Part shown: positions 63,604 to 64,000 of the stretch, in pieces
Layout: every line of letters starts with the position of its first letter
How positions within the stretch are numbered: the stretch's first letter is position 1
Origin: Thermoanaerobaculia bacterium
GTDB taxonomy: Bacteria; Acidobacteriota; Thermoanaerobaculia; Multivoradales; JAGPDF01
Direction: 5' to 3'
NCBI GenBank assembly: GCA_050186295.1
Contig: JBFWYP010000006.1
Location: 65,336 to 129,335 of the forward strand
Length of the DNA stretch: 64,000 nucleotides
Position numbers and translations under genes: made by a program
Notes under the pieces: model-generated
What the model saw: the letters and a program-made list of their open reading frames with translations, nothing else
What the model was told of the DNA's origin: nothing
Databases searched by the model: none

Positions 63604-64000
63604 GTGCGCTTCCGTCGCGCCGCCCTCGAAGGGCGTCTGGCCCGGAGGATGCTGGCGCTCGTGCTGCTGGCGTCGTGGCTCCCATTGGCGATTCTCGCCT
63701 GGACCTCACTCTCGGAATACCAGGCACGGATGTCCGCCGAGGCGGACTCGCGGCTCGCGGAGCTCGCCAAGGCGTCGGGGCTCGAGCTGTTCCGCCGCCT
63801 CGAGTCGATGCGTGCCGACCTCGAAGTACTGGCCCCACAACTGGAGGTCGATTCCGGGTCCGTCGACCTCCTCGCCATGCGGGCAGGCTGGCGCGATCGC
63901 TTCGTCTCGCTCTGGGCGGTTTCCGGAGACCCGGCCCCGGCCGGCGGGGGGGAGCTGCCGCCCCTCGACGAGCTCTCGCGGCAACGGCTCCGGGAGCGGC
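63604..64000 (+). CDS. Membrane sensor-like protein, N-terminal fragment (3'-truncated by window edge)
   Basis: Open frame from GTG 63604 (ATG at 63649) to the window end. TM helix MLALVLLASWLPLAILAW followed by a periplasmic-type segment. The domain type cannot be determined. Confidence 0.3.
   Translation, partial: MRFRRAALEGRLARRMLALVLLASWLPLAILAWTSLSEYQARMSAEADSRLAELAKASGLELFRRLESMRADLEVLAPQLEVDSGSVDLLAMRAGWRDRFVSLWAVSGDPAPAGGGELPPLDELSRQRLRER

Overview
The window is a high-GC (roughly 70%) bacterial chromosomal segment that is densely coding, with many 4-bp ATGA/GTGA start-stop overlaps. One product, a large VWA protein whose N-terminal region resembles the Acidobacteria-specific VWFA-related domain, together with the overall composition suggests an Acidobacteria-like organism (inference). 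Mirror-strand frames give very long Arg-rich ORFs that are GC artefacts; I trimmed or rejected them. I found no rRNA, tRNA, CRISPR, transposase or integrase. Content by position: (1) 1-1491, a 5'-truncated LptD-like outer-membrane protein. (2) 1505-9646, a co-directional sugar/lipid-carrier locus: RmlD, three SDR sugar-nucleotide epimerase/reductases, a polyprenol-kinase::DUF92 fusion, a GT-C (ArnT/PMT-like) glycosyltransferase, a UbiA-family transferase and a hotdog thioesterase. (3) 9705-12544, a Leu/Glu-type amino-acid dehydrogenase and a PabB::PabC fusion. (4) 13172-25751 on the minus strand, a complete alternative complex III (actABCDEF plus a small membrane protein) fused to a caa3 cytochrome oxidase operon with SCO1, preceded by a perfect TGTGA-N6-TCACA palindrome. 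(5) 25943-40599, envelope and secreted proteins: an esterase, a 2033-aa thioester-containing alpha-2-macroglobulin lipoprotein, a cupin, an OM beta-barrel, a Spy/CpxP-like protein, a sulfatase::TPR fusion, and a secreted protein with an IPTL-type C-terminal sorting signal followed by a clean intrinsic terminator. (6) 40685-42162, an unusual DinB-like gene plus a DksA/TraR-zinc-finger::PP2C-phosphatase fusion. (7) 42391-46540, two c-type cytochromes, malate dehydrogenase, and a second small protein with a C-terminal sorting-signal-like tail. (8) 46537-53123, a MacB/FtsX-type ABC system with an AttH/CrtC-like lipocalin, then ctaB, SCO1 and DUF420. (9) 53139-64000, a YhaM-like OB/HD protein, a large VWA protein, a P-loop/TPR (STAND-like) signalling protein, xseA/xseB (the xseA start is anomalous), a GspG-like pseudopilin, and a 3'-truncated sensor-like gene. 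The most system-like novelties are the lipid-linked sugar/prenyl module at 1505-9646 and the DinB / DksA-ZnF::PP2C pair.
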